A stretch of 64,000 nt of DNA, taken from Lama guanicoe. Its lineage: Eukaryota. Of this stretch, positions 12,032-24,469 are shown in pieces (position 1 is the stretch's first letter; every line of letters begins with the position of its first letter). The notes under the pieces were generated by a model. The model was not told the origin of the DNA, ran no database searches, and saw nothing but the letters and a program-made list of their open reading frames with translations. The stretch is taken from positions 9,271,095 to 9,335,094 of the forward strand of contig MU054391.1 in assembly GCA_013239625.1 (NCBI GenBank), written 5' to 3'. A program made the position numbers and the translations under genes.

Positions 12032-12674
12032 AAAAGTAGTCCTCAAGATCTTGTACATATTTCCCTGTGCTATACAGCATAATCTTGTCTATCTATTCTA
12101 CATTTTGAAACCCCAGTCTGTCCCTTCCCACCCCCTGCCCCCTTGGCAACCACAAGTTTGTATTCTATGTCTATGAGTCTGTTTCTGTTTTGTATTTATG
12201 TTCCCTTTTTTTTTTTTTTAAGATTCCACATATGAGCGATCTCGTATGGTATTTTTCTTTCTCTTTCTGGCTTACTTCACTTAGAATGACTTTCTCCAGG
12301 AACATCCATGATGCTGCAAATGCCGTTATGTTGTCAGTTTTTACAGCTGAGTAGTATTCCATTGTATAAGTATACCACATCTTCCTTATCCAGTCATCCG
12401 TTGATGGACATTTAGGCTGTTTCCATGTCTTGGCTATTGTAAATAGTGTTGCTATGAACATTGGGGCGCAGGTGTCTTTTTGAAGTAGGGACTGTATAAC
12501 ACAGGGAAATTTTTTCAATTTCTTGTAGTAGCTTACAGCAAAAAAAAAATTTGACAATGAATATATATATGTTCATGTATGACTGAAAAAGTGTGCTCTA
12601 CACTGGAACTTGACACAACATTGTAAAATGACTTTAACTCAATAAAAAAGATGTTAAAAAAAAAGTAGCCCTCA
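12032..12674 (+). mobile_element. Young 5'-inverted (twin-primed) L1 with TSD
   Basis: Antisense ORF2 C-terminus/3'UTR at 12046-12490 (ORF track ...PMFIATLFTIAKTWKQPKCPS...), sense 3' end and A-tail at 12491-12660. TSD aaaagtagtcctca (12032-12045) / aaaagtagccctca (12661-12674) at a TT|AAAA site. Confidence 0.92.
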
Positions 12675-13119
12675 GTCAAGAATACATATTACCCGGGGAG
12701 ACAGCAGCTTCATAAGCAGAAGAGGTGGGGCGTGGAATAAACTTGAAAGTTCATGCTCCAAGTGAAGGCACTCAAATTCTTCCTCCCACCTCCAACCCGG
12801 CCCCACCTTATGACCCATCAGACACAGCGGCTTCCAAACCTTTCAGATGTGTGGGCCAGGCACAGCCCAGGTCTCCAAATGTGACCCTGTTTTACAGCTT
12901 GCTGCACCCAGGTTCCAGCCTTTTCCTTCTGGGAAGGGAGAAAGTACCACACTCCTTGTAATCTAGTTCTCACTTCCAATGCTCAGCCTTGGAGAATGGG
13001 CCATGGAGTGCAGGGGTACAGGCTGCCCTCCGGAAGGCAGGCCTGAGCTTGCCAACCTCACTGCACCCTGGGATTCTCTTACCAGCATTACAGCCGCCCC
13101 CATGCCAGTTCCTTGTGCT

Positions 13120-14060
13120 TTATTCATTCAGTAAGAAATGACTGAGCGCCTACCCAGTGCCAGGCACCGTGTGAAGCATGGACATGAGGATGTGAACAAG
13201 GTTCTTGCCCTGGAGAAAGAAGATGCAAAGAGATCAGTGCAATCCTCTGTGCATGATCTCAGTCCAACCTGGTAGGGTCGGGACACAAAGAAGGGGGGAT
13301 GTCAGAGAAGAGTTCAGAGAGGAAGAGACCCCTGGTTTGAGTCAAACCTTTAAAAAAAACTAATTAGGTAGGTGTTCAGGGAAAGTAATGCAAGCCAAAA
13401 GGGATTATAAAAAGGCAAAGAGGGCCGTCTCAGTGACTAGACCTTAAAGGCAGATGCAAAGAGCCTGATGTCACCAAGAGGGTACACCCCCATCCTTGTG
13501 GGCCTCCAGGGCAATATTAGCAAGCCTGCACAGGACCCTGAGGACAATGAGATGCCCCTGAAGAGCTTCTGACAGGGTCCATGGGCATGATAAGAATGGG
13601 ATTTTAGAGAGCTCACCGTGGCCTCAGTGGGAGGCAGAATTAGAGTCAAGATCAAAGCTGTGGGCCGGGAGGGACGCCTCCTCCACTACCATGGACGCTT
13701 CCTTCCAGTAAGGATAGAGCAAAGGTTTGGATGGGAGAGATGTCAAGGGGCAGAGTTTGACTGAGAAGTTCGCCTGAATTGGGGCAGGAGGAATAGGGAT
13801 GGTACAGGGGCAGCAAGAAAAGGAATTATTGCCAAAATCTCAGAAACATTTAGAAGGAGGAAGGAGAGTGCAGGCGGAAACTGGGTAGATGGCTGCACCA
13901 CTTTCCAGAATAATTAGTACAGAATCTGGAGCAGCTTTGAACAGAAAGATCTGAGGTTAACTGTGTGCACGTGGAATGGAATGTTCTCGTGGCTCATTCC
14001 AGTGGAGATGAATGGTGAACAGGTGTGTGCACAGGGCTGGAGCTCAGGGTAGAGATCTTT
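13120..14060 (-). mobile_element. L2 LINE fragment
   Basis: tattcattcagtaag...actgagcgcctacccagtgccaggcac...ctggagctcaggg. Confidence 0.7.
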
Positions 14061-14369
14061 GCAACGTCCCTAAAACCACAATCTTCTCTCCAAGAGAGGA
14101 TGGTTTTAGTCCTGTCTCCCAAAGCTTGTGGAATCTTAGTTAATAAACTAAGTAATCAAAAGGAATGTTTGAATTTTGCCTCTTTACTGTCTCAGCAAGT
14201 GGACATAATGTTTCTCTCACTCACCTGTGAGCCTAGCAGGTGTGTTATCATTTCCAAACAACTAGGAGGATGAAGTTGCTTCTGAAGCATGAGGTTCCTG
14301 TCAAGTTCAGACTTAGGGTAGAGGAAGCCTGACCTTAAGGGATCATCTTCGCTATGATGTGTTGTGCGT

Positions 14370-14423
14370 GTGAGCGTGTGAATGTGTGTGGGATTTGTGA
14401 GCGTGTGAATTTGTGTGGGATTT
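14370..14423. repeat. 27-bp tandem duplication
   Basis: gtgagcgtgtgaat(g/t)tgtgtgggattt twice, one mismatch. Confidence 0.9.
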
Positions 14424-14434
14424 GTAAGCTTCTG

Positions 14435-14606
14435 AATTCATCCTCAAGTGGTAGAGCACATGCTTAGCACACACAGGTCCTCGGTTCAATCCCCTAGGAC
14501 CTCCATTAAAAAGAAAACTAACAATAAATAAATAAATGGACCTAATGACCTCCCCCGTAAAAGATAAAAGAAAATAAATAAATTTTTTTAAAAAATAATT
14601 CATCCT
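14435..14606 (+). mobile_element. tRNA-derived SINE (camelid Vic-1-like), 5'-truncated
   Basis: A-box remnant ctcaagtggtagagc, B-box ggttcaatccc, tail taaataaa...cctaatgacctcccc, TSD aattcatcct (14435-14444 / 14597-14606). Confidence 0.85.
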
Positions 14607-15324
14607 TCCCAATCACACTTGGCTGGGATCCAGGGAAAGTTCACATACACAACTATGAAATATAATTGCTGTTATACATTTGTCATAACTCATCTTTGCT
14701 TTAATGACAAATGTGGTTGCTTCCTCACCAAAATCTGCCCCCACACATTTTTTTTTAAAACTCAACCTTCTAGCCTGCCATTATTCAGATTCAGAGAACA
14801 TATATTGACCATCTGCTCTATGCTAGGAACCCAGGTAGGCACCAGGTGTGTTAAAAAGTTGAAGGTCCTTCTTATAATGAAGACGCTACCTTGGAGAAGG
14901 AGCATATGAAACTAAAGGCAGCTCCGGGTATTTTACCTGTCTGGGGAGTCTGAGCCCTGGCAGGACCTTGGTTACTGGAAAGCAAAGACTGCAAGGAAGT
15001 GTTGGGCTGCAAGGAAGGAGGGCTCGGGGTCCTACCTTTCACCTGGGTGCAACTGACTAGATCACTTGCCTTTGCTGGACACTGGTTTTCCCATCCATAA
15101 AATAAGGCAGTAAGACTAGATCTGAGATCATTTCTGTGTTGATGAAGGTAAAATGGAGGGATCAGGAAAAGTCCAGAGTGAAGAGCAAACCCTGTTGGGG
15201 AGATAGCAAGTTCTTTTCAAATAATGGTTGGCAAAAGAGCTGGTTACTCAAAGGACGTGGAAAAATACCCATTATAACTGACTTTACTATTTAACCTACT
15301 GCTCATCTTGAGTGAAAAGTGTTA

Positions 15325-16060
15325 GTTCATTTACTCACTCATTCATTCATCACTGGAAGACCATCCTGGCCCAAGGTCTCTGCTGGGCACTGGACACAGA
15401 TCCATATCACTGGTCCCTCACTTTTAGAAGCCCGTAGTCTGTGGGGAGGAGAGCTATGAACAGATCACGGCAGTAGTGGGCAGTAAGTGCTAACGGAGTT
15501 TGTACAAAGCACCCTGGAAGCAAAGAGGTATAACAGCGGCTGGCGAGGCTACCAGAGGAGGCGACACTTCATCCAACACGTATTCCTCTAGTGTTTGCTG
15601 GAGAGCAGGTGTTAGTCCCGCCCTCAGCAGCCCCACAGTGAGCCAGACAAACACAGTCCTTACTCTGCAGTGGGAAACCTTACACCAGAACCCGAAAGAA
15701 AAGGGAGAGATTTATCTGAACAGGGCAAGAAAGACATTCTGGTACAGAGGAGACAGCAAAGGCCAAGGCTCATGTTATGGAAGAGATGAGGAGGTTTAGA
15801 AAGCTGCAAATGACCTACGCCCCCCACCCCCACCCCCAGCAAGGCATGCATTCTGAGGATTGAGAGGAAATGAAGCTTAGGGAGGAGGTAGGTGCCCTGA
15901 TGCCCTGTGGTCCACTGGCACTGAGGAAGAGGACCCACGGGAAGGCATCAGAGCCTAATCAGATGTACATTTGTTTGGAAAAGTCTTTCCTGCCACTGTG
16001 TGAAGACTAGTTTGGAGGAAAAGAAGACTGGAGGCCGTGAAGTTTTGTAGTCATTTAAGG
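15325..16060 (-). mobile_element. L2 LINE fragments
   Basis: ttcatttactcactcattcattca terminus; tgctgggcactgg; tttggaaaagtctttcctgccactgtgtgaagactag. Confidence 0.7.
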
Positions 16061-18971
16061 AGGTGGGTGTTGGGAGAGAGATGTTCCTCTTTATTCCACT
16101 TTATCTCCCTTGCCTGGATCTGTTCCTTGCATATGCAATCATGTCGACATGCCATGTTCAGACAGCTCTCTCTAAAAAACCTCACCCAGAACGCATCTGC
16201 CATGGGCATGGCACTTCTCCCTTCTCATGGTCCCAAAATTCTGCATGCAAATGCAGAGGGTGGAACAATTTTGAAATTTAAGGGGAAAGAGATTTTGAAT
16301 GATACACACTAAAATCAATCCAAGAACAACACAATCAAATACAGTTTTTCCAGGGGACTTCTTTGGAACTTTCAGACAAACACTAAATGCAGACTACTGC
16401 CACTGAAAAGATGTGAGAGATTTTTAACATCTCCCAAAATATATTCAGGAATGTGTAATGGACTACTTGGTGTTCATTTGAAATTCTTCTTCGGAAAAAA
16501 TCGCCAGGAAGAAGTTGTTTTATATTCTTTTTACTACAAATGCCTCAAAGCTGAATCCACGGAAGCACAGGCCTGCCTGCTAAGTCTCCTCTCTAGATAT
16601 ATGCAAAGGCTTCCCAGCGAGCGTTAATTTATCAGACACTGACACTGAAAACTGAGCGAATTTCAGGCAAAGCCGAAATGCTATTCCCAGGGGAGCTGAC
16701 ACACTCCAGCAGTGTTCCCTCGGGTTCCTTGTTATTTCATTTATAATAACGTACCCTAGTTATCTGAAAAAGCCAGTCCCAGAGGTTTCCTTTTGCCCAG
16801 AAAAATGACCTTCTGTGGACTTCAGTTTTCATTTCTTTTATAAAGACTGAATAACTCCAGCAGTGCTGGGACCTTTTAGGGAAAGGCGCCGAAGTCCTCG
16901 CTTCATTTTTCTGTACGTAGTTCAGAGAAATTGAGGAAATTTTTTTCTCAAAGTATTCCCACCTCCCCTCACGCACAATCATTTCTCCAAAGAAAGGCTT
17001 GTTTTGATTCATGAGTGATACTTCTACAATCCAAATAAATACATCCTGCAAGAGAGTTTCAGCTGCTCTCATCTTAAAATGAATTATTTTTGATCTAGAA
17101 TTTTCTAGCACCTGACTGAAAGCTGCCTGCTCAGAGACTGAAGGTTTACACTGGAAAGACAAGGGTTAGAATCATAAAAGGGCAAGAGAATTTCTCTAGT
17201 GACTCCCACTTTGCAGTGGCATCATGAAATGTATGTTCCCAAAAGAATTTTTACAAAGATCAGTTTTCAAACTCAAGAGTCTGGTGCACTGGGTCATGCA
17301 GATCAGGAAACTACTGTGACCTCACAAAGCATATTATAACTATGCATTGATAATAATTACTCATGTTTGTATTCTGCTTTTCAATATACAGAGTTCTCAC
17401 AAGGACCATCTCATGAGCACTTCTCCAAAGGGGCCTCTTGACACTATCCCTCGCTCTTTTCCGCATATCAGAAAGGTATTATTCTAGAAATTTCTCAACT
17501 AAAAAGATTCACATGCCCTAGAACTCAGCTCTTCATCTCGAGATCTGCCGTGACAAAATGAAGCCACCAGCTCCTACTTTATCGATAATTAATAAAATCA
17601 TCTAATTTCACCTTATTTTAACTTATAACATATGCTCATAACTGTGGATTGTGATTATTTAAAATTTCAGAATGTGCCCAAAGGCACTTTGTGCGCTGCA
17701 ACATGTCCTGTCTTTTGGTTCATGCATTTTCCTCTTTGGGGAATGGAATTTCCCCATTTTTCCACATGACAAAATTATATTCATCTTTAAAGTCACTGTT
17801 ACAGTGAAATGCTTTCCGAGTCCCCACCTATATGGAATGGCCCCATCACTCCGTCCTTGGGGAGCCCCATGTAACTTTATTCTTGCTACACTTATCACAT
17901 GGCTAGTTGTACATGCTCTTGTCTTCTTAATAGACTGGAACCGCAAGAGGGCAAGAACTGTGTCTTATTCCACTTGGTGATCTTGAGAAGAGTTAATTGA
18001 AGCTGAATTGAATATGGTGGAATGGAATGAAATTTATTCACCGAAATTTTCAACTCACCCTTTGGATCATTTTTCCCATGAGAACATAGTCCTAATTTTT
18101 TTTAAATAAAAGCCAATGAGGATGTAGGATTCACTTGGAAGAGTTGCCTCCTCCTTTAGCCTGTTTAATGGCTGCTGCTTCTGGTCACATCTGCTCTGGA
18201 AAACCTGCACTGCCCCCAAGGGCAGTGAGTCCGAAACTTCAGTCTGCTTAAACTTTCCCCAGGGAATATTAAGTTCACATTTCTAGGAAGAGTGTGAGGG
18301 GGCGAGAATTCTGCCTTTTAAATTAATTCCTTAGTAGTCCTGGTACAGGATGTCATAGTTTGCGCTTGAGAAAACAGAGTCCTGGTGAGATGAATAGAGA
18401 TTTCACACCGCCTCCTCCCTCTGAAGCTGCAGAGGCCTGTCTCCTCACCCAGCCAGCACCTTCCATGCTCCAGGCTTCCCTAGAAAGCACCTGTGAGACT
18501 TTCAAACAGCAACGAGGTCAGCTAAAAAGAGGTCTGATTGAAGGGAGAACAACCTTGGTTCCAACATAGACCCCACGAGTGACAGGCTGCCTACGTTGGC
18601 TCTGTCCTGAAGTGTGGACACGGGGGATAATAACACCATTCCAGCTGGTAGCTGTGTAGACAAGAGAAAATGCACATAATTGTGTCTGGTGTATAACAGG
18701 TGCTCAAGAAGAGAGAGCATGTTGTTCTTTTTTTATTGCATGAAAATACATATAACATAAAATTTCCCATTTTAACCAAATTTAGATGTACAGGTCTGTG
18801 GCATTAAGTACAGTCACATTGTTATGCAACCAGCATTTCCAGAACTAGTCATCCTTCCCAGCTGAAACTCTGTATCCACTGAACACTAACTCCTCATTCC
18901 TCCCTCCCCTCAGTCCCCATTCTGCTTTCCGTCTCTATGAATCTGATGACTCCAAGAACCTAATGTGCATA

Positions 18972-20520
18972 TGCAATGGTTGATTTTATGAGTCAGCCTG
19001 GCTGGGTCACAGCACCCAGATAGTTGGTCAAATATTATTCTGGATGTTTCTGTGAGGGTGTTTTTGTGTGATATTAACATTTAAGTTGGTAGACTTTTAT
19101 TGTAAATAGTGCTACTATGAACATTGGGGTGCAGGTGTCATTTTGAAGTAGGGTTCCTTCTGGATACAAGCCCAGGAGTGGGATTCCTGGGTCATATGGT
19201 AAGTCTATTCCTAGTCTTTTGAGGAATCTCCACACTGTTTTCCACAGTGGCTGCACCAAACTGCATTCCCACCAGCAGTGTAGGAGGGTTCCCCTTTTCC
19301 ACAGCCTATCCAGCATTTGTCATTTGTGGACTTTTGAATGATGGCCATTGTGACTGGTGTGGGCTGATACGTCATGGTAGTTTTGATCTGCATTTCTCTG
19401 ACAGTTAGTGATATCGAGCATTTTTTCATGTGCCTATTGATCATTTGTATGTCTTCCTTGGAGAATTGCTTGTTTAGGTCTTCTGCCCATTTTTGGGTTG
19501 GGTTATTTGTTTTCTGCTTATTAAGTCGTATGAGCTGCTTATATATTCTGGAGACCAAGCCTTTGTCAGTTTCATCATTTGCAAAAATTTTCTCCCATTC
19601 CGTAGGTTGTCGTTTTGTTTTACTTCTGGTTTCCTTTGCGGTGCAGAAGCTTGTAAGTTTCATTAGGTCCCATTTGTTTATTCTTGCTTTTATTTCTACT
19701 GCTTGGGTAGACTGCCCTAGGAGAACATTTTTGAGATGTATGTCAGATAATGTTTTGCCTGTATTTTCTTCTAGGAGGTTTATTGTATCTTGTCTTATGT
19801 TTAAGTCTTTGATCCATTTTGAGTTTATTTTTGTGTATGGTGTAAGGGAGTCTTCTAGCTTCATTGCTTTACATGCTGCTGTCCAGTTTTCCCAACACCA
19901 TTTGCTGAAGAGACTGTCTTTATTCCATTGTATATTCTTGCCTCCTTTGTCGAAGATGAGTTGACCAAAAGTTTGTGGGTTCATTTCTGGGCTCTCTATT
20001 CTGTTCCATTGGTCTATATGTCATTTGTGGTTCCATATAAATTTTATTATGATTTGTTCTAGTTCTGTGAAATATGTCCTGGGTAATTTGATAGGGATTG
20101 CATTAAATCTGTTGCCTTGAGCAGTGTGACCATTTTAACAATATTGATTCTTCCAATCCAGGAGCATGGGATATCTTTCTATTTTTTTGTGAGCAAAGCA
20201 GACTGCCCTCTATAATGTGGGTGGGCCTCATCCAATCAGTTGAAGGCCAGAATAGGACAAAGACTGACCTTCCTTGAGCAAGAGGGAATTCTCCAGCAGA
20301 TGGCCTCTGGACTTAATCTACAATATTGGCTCTTCCTGGTTTTCCAGAAAATTTCCCTTAGATTCAAACTGCAACTCTTTCCTGAGTTTTCCAGCTTCCC
20401 CCATCAGATTTTGCATTTGGCAAGCCTCCACAATCATTGGGCTAATTTCTTAAAATAAAAATATCTTCTTATAAATGCACACATCTACTGGCTCTATTTC
20501 TTTGGAGAACCCTGTGACTA
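18972..20520 (+). mobile_element. MLT2 (ERVL) solo LTR, split by an L1
   Basis: tgcaatggttgattttatgagtca...ttaacatttaagttggtagactt (to 19097) continues as tgagcaaagcagactgccctctataatgtgggtgggcctcatccaatcagttgaagg (from 20190) to tttctttggagaaccct. Confidence 0.9.
19098..20188 (-). mobile_element. Young L1 internal ORF2 fragment (copy A), no poly(A), no TSD
   Basis: ORF 19211-19984 matches the L1 ORF2 C-terminal region ([28 protein letters not shown]...[15 protein letters not shown]...CWIGCG). Frameshift near 19295 and an internal deletion near 20022. Confidence 0.95.
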
Positions 20521-22424
20521 GCTCTCTTGTGACTAGCTTATTTTACTTAGCACAATGTCGTCAAGATTCATCCATATTGTAACTATTGTAGCATGTGTCA
20601 ATATTTCCTCCTTTTGAAGGCTGGATAATAGTCCATTGTATGTATACACCACATTTGTTAATCCATTCATTCATCAGTGGACACTTGGGTTGTTTCCATA
20701 GTTTGGCTGCTATGAACATAGGCATACAAATATCTGTTTGAAACCCCTTTTTCACTTCTTTATGATATATACCCAGAAGCAAAAGTGATGGATCATATGG
20801 TAATTGTATGTTTAACTTTTTGAGGCATCATCATAATGTTTTCCACAGAGGCTGCATAATTTTATGTTTTCATTAGCGAAGCACAAGTATTCCATTTTTT
20901 CCACAATCTTACCAACACTTGTCTTCTGGGTTTATTTTGTTTTGTTTTGTTTTGTTTTTACAGGATCCATCCTAATGAGTGCAAAATATTATCACATTGT
21001 GGTTTTGATTTGCATTTCCCTAATGAACAGTGATGTTGAGCATCTTTTCATGTGCTTATATGTCATTTGCTTATCTTCTTTGGAGAATGTCTCTTCAAGT
21101 CCTTTGCCCATTTTTAATTAGGTTTTTTGTTGGTGGTGGTTTCGATTTGAAGGAGTTACAGAAGAAATTTTATTATTAATAAGAGATATTATGGATTTTT
21201 GCCACATAGTATTTTGTCTAAGAATTACTGCTTTTTTTTTAATCTCTTCATATTTAACTCTTTTCCACTTTATTTTTTCCTTTGGCTTGTTAGTTTTTCA
21301 AAATTTATTAGCTCCTTGTTAGTTTTTTAGATGATTAGCATCCTCCTAATAACATTATGCTATATCAGAAACATAAAAATGAGCAGGGTTTGTTTTTTTT
21401 TTCTCTAAACAACCCCTTCTGTTTTCTTCTGATCTGAGAATCTCCCAAGTGTCTTATCATGAAGACCTAACGACACAACCCTTTGCCTTTGATTCCAAAT
21501 GCAAGTCTGTGAACACCTAATGACTGGAACCCCAGGATGGTTACTTTTATTTCTAAGCATATCATTTATCATAGCACTTAGCAGGCAAGCAAAAAGTTCT
21601 TCACAATAGAAAGAGAAAAACTACAGGAGTTAAATATGCCTTTATTTGTTATAAACTTAGGTCACACTTGGGGAGAAGTTTGGGTAGGGGAGGGAAAAGA
21701 TAATAATGCGTTTTCAGATAAGATATAGTTACATAATTTAATAAAATAAATATAGAGTTTATATGAAATATTAGTTCACTGCTCATTCTAGTATACATAA
21801 CAAGCAATCATTTTTACAAGTCGTATTTTTGGCGCTCAAGGATTTCTTTATTGATTTTTACCTAAAAGGAAACCCAGTGTAGTTTCAGGAGTTAGCCAGG
21901 TTATTATTGTTGCTTTCTCTTGTTTTGTTTTGTTTCATTTTTACAGACCATGTATTTCACCATGAAATTAATTGCTATAATCCAAATCATGAAATTTTAG
22001 AAATCCTATTGGAGTTAGAAAGAACCAAAAGGAAACAAGAGCCCCATCAGAAATGAAGAAATGAAAGTGACCTTGGACGGGGAAGAGCCAGGGCTGGAAT
22101 CTCAGTCACTGTGGGTGCACCAACGTCCTCCCCACTCACCATCACTATCCCCCCAGAGGGCAGAGAGTCACTCAGGGTAAGGGTGCGGTCAGCCCACAGT
22201 CCCCATGCTCTGGACAGAACTTTGGTACTCATTTGTAACCAAGTCCTAGGTGATCTGAAAGGACCTGGAGCACACAGAGACCAGGAGGAGCCTGCCCTGG
22301 GAGGAGAGCTTCACAAGGGTCAAGCTTTTCACCTGGTCTGCCCTCTGTCCTCAATATGAGACTAGATCAATCTGACCTCTGCCTCCGGCACAGGCAAGAG
22401 AGCACCAGAGCTGCCTGGAGTGCT

Positions 22425-22620
22425 GCTTCTCAAAGTTGTGGTCCAGGGACCAGCGACTCCAGAATCAAGGAAGGGAGGAGATGTTCATTTAAAATGCAGA
22501 TCCCTAGGTCTCACCGCACACCTACTGCCTCAGAATATCTGAGAATGTCTCCAAAGAGGACCCACTGTAAGCAGCTCTCTCCGGGAGTCTTACACACTCT
22601 CAGACTTGAGAACCACCAGC
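22425..22620. mobile_element. MER5A-like hAT-Charlie element
   Basis: cttctcaaagttgtggtccagggaccagc...aaaatgcagatccctagg...ttgagaaccac. Confidence 0.75.
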
Positions 22621-24469
22621 CTGAATCTAGATCTGTTAATGTCAGAATTACACACGAAAGTGGCCACTGATGTTCCCAGGGTCAGCAATTTTCCTCATGA
22701 TGACAAGGACTTAACATTAAAATGAAATTTTGATTTTTCAGTTCTTTGTAGAGCAGGTGTTAAATGGGACTTTTTCTTTGGTTTTGACTTTCTGTTAAAG
22801 CTCCAATGTTAAAAAAAAAAAAAGACAACAAACACCCACACAGTTTAAAGAGAAGCTTTGGACTATCCTTGTAGGTCTTGCCATGAGACAGTAAAATCAG
22901 TTCTACAACCCTCACCTTGTCTCTTTGTCTGACACCTCTAGCTTATGAAAAAGAGAGAGAGAGAGAAATTCAAAGGACACTGATCAGAGTAAAAGTTTCT
23001 TTGAAGAGAACTGACCCCCCTAGAGCACTGTGCCACCATGCCTCTCTTTCCCAAGGGGCTTTCTCCCCACCCGTGTCTGAAACTGAAGGAAGCAAAGCTT
23101 CAGTGAGTTTACTTCTTGAACTTCGGGCCATCCCAGAGTTGGGTGTTTGCTGACCTGCAGAAATTCCTAGCTTCATCCTGAGCTGCTCCTGAAGAGGAAC
23201 TTGGTAAAGAGCATTCTTGGGAGAACTAGGCTCCTGGCCCCTGAAGTTAGGTGGGGCACAGAGTCTGGTGCCTGAGTCTCTTCTAGAAAAGCCTGGAGGT
23301 GAGAGGTTAACTGGAGCTGCCCTGCAGACAGAGACTGGAGCGCGATTGTTTTCAATGGGAGCGATCTGCACTTTCTCTGGAGGAGGGGCAAAGGGAAAGG
23401 CTTTCTAAAGCCTGAGTTGTGCCATCTTGAAAAGATCTCACCAAGAGGACTTCCCAGAAGAGCAGGGAGCCCCGAGAAGACAGAGGCTTTGTGGGGTGAA
23501 CCACTGGAGCAGCAGCTGAGGGAGACAGAAGTCTGCCTGTGAGCACATTGCCTGGATCAGGGATTCTCTGGAGGGCAGGATAAGGTGAATATGTGAATAT
23601 CCCCACGGGAGAAAATCAGCAACGGGGAACATGCATAGAGAGGGCTCTACAGCAGATCTGATTCCAGACTTCAAAACTGCCAGTCACACGGGGCTTTCCC
23701 CCTTTTTTCTCTCGCTATCCTTCACTCTAATCCTGAAAAGCACAGAAGCAGCACAGAAATGAGGGCGGAGGATGAGAAGAGGAGGATGAAGGAAGGGTGA
23801 GAAACAGACAAGGCTGTGCTTACCCACATCCTGCTGTGAAACTGTATAGGCGGCCAGAGCTAAGAGCATGAAGCACGGAGCAGGATGAGCGATAAACGTT
23901 TTGATCTAGATTGGAATGGACTTTTTTAGTATCTGGAAATCAGGCTGCTCCTATACCTGAGAACAACTGAAAAAGCCATGGACCACGCATGCCAGCGAAA
24001 TCATCCAAGCCCGGGAAGTGATGACCGATTGAACAGGGTGGAGGGACAAAATCAGATACAGTAGTTTCCTGTTTGCACCCTCCTGGGTCTCACCAGTTCA
24101 ATAAACTGGCTGCAACCCTGTCCAGAAGCCTGTGTGTGATTCTTGCCAATGACTCCTGAATGGACAATAAACCTGAACACTTACATGTTGTCAGCATAGG
24201 ACATCTGGCCAGGCTTTGACACTGGACACTTTACCAACACATCCCAAAGAGCAATAGATCTCATTAGTGACTAATCCCCTGAATGCATAATTTCTTTTCT
24301 AATCCTGACCCTGTCTGGTAGGGGGGAAAAAAAGGAGGCAGAATGACAGGCAGACGTCCAGGGTCCCCCCCTAATGACCCACTTACCAGCTCCACTTTCA
24401 TCTGTTTCTTGTATCAGGGCTCCCAAAACAGTGGGTTTTGGTCCCTTTAATTTTTTTAAAAAAATTTTA

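Larger units (their letters stand above)
18725..21160 (-). mobile_element. Old L1 (L1MB-like) 3' end, interrupted by MLT2 and a young L1
   Basis: 3'UTR at 18725-18971 (acataaaatttcccattttaacc...ggcattaagtaca) resumes at ~20520 (gcttattttacttagcacaatg...ttttgatttgcatttccctaatg). Confidence 0.85.

Noticed and set aside
14445..14500. tRNA gene
   Set aside because: The A/B boxes belong to a 5'-truncated SINE with an A-rich tail and TSD; it cannot form a full cloverleaf.
16737..17162. 141-aa minus-strand ORF in unique DNA
   Set aside because: Non-ATG start, no recognisable homology and no convincing splice sites.
19211..19984. 257-aa ORF and 183-aa ORF (24490-25041) as host genes
   Set aside because: Both are L1 ORF2 fragments with a frameshift or premature stop. 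The 196-aa and 174-aa ORFs on the opposite strands are just the usual open antisense frame of L1.
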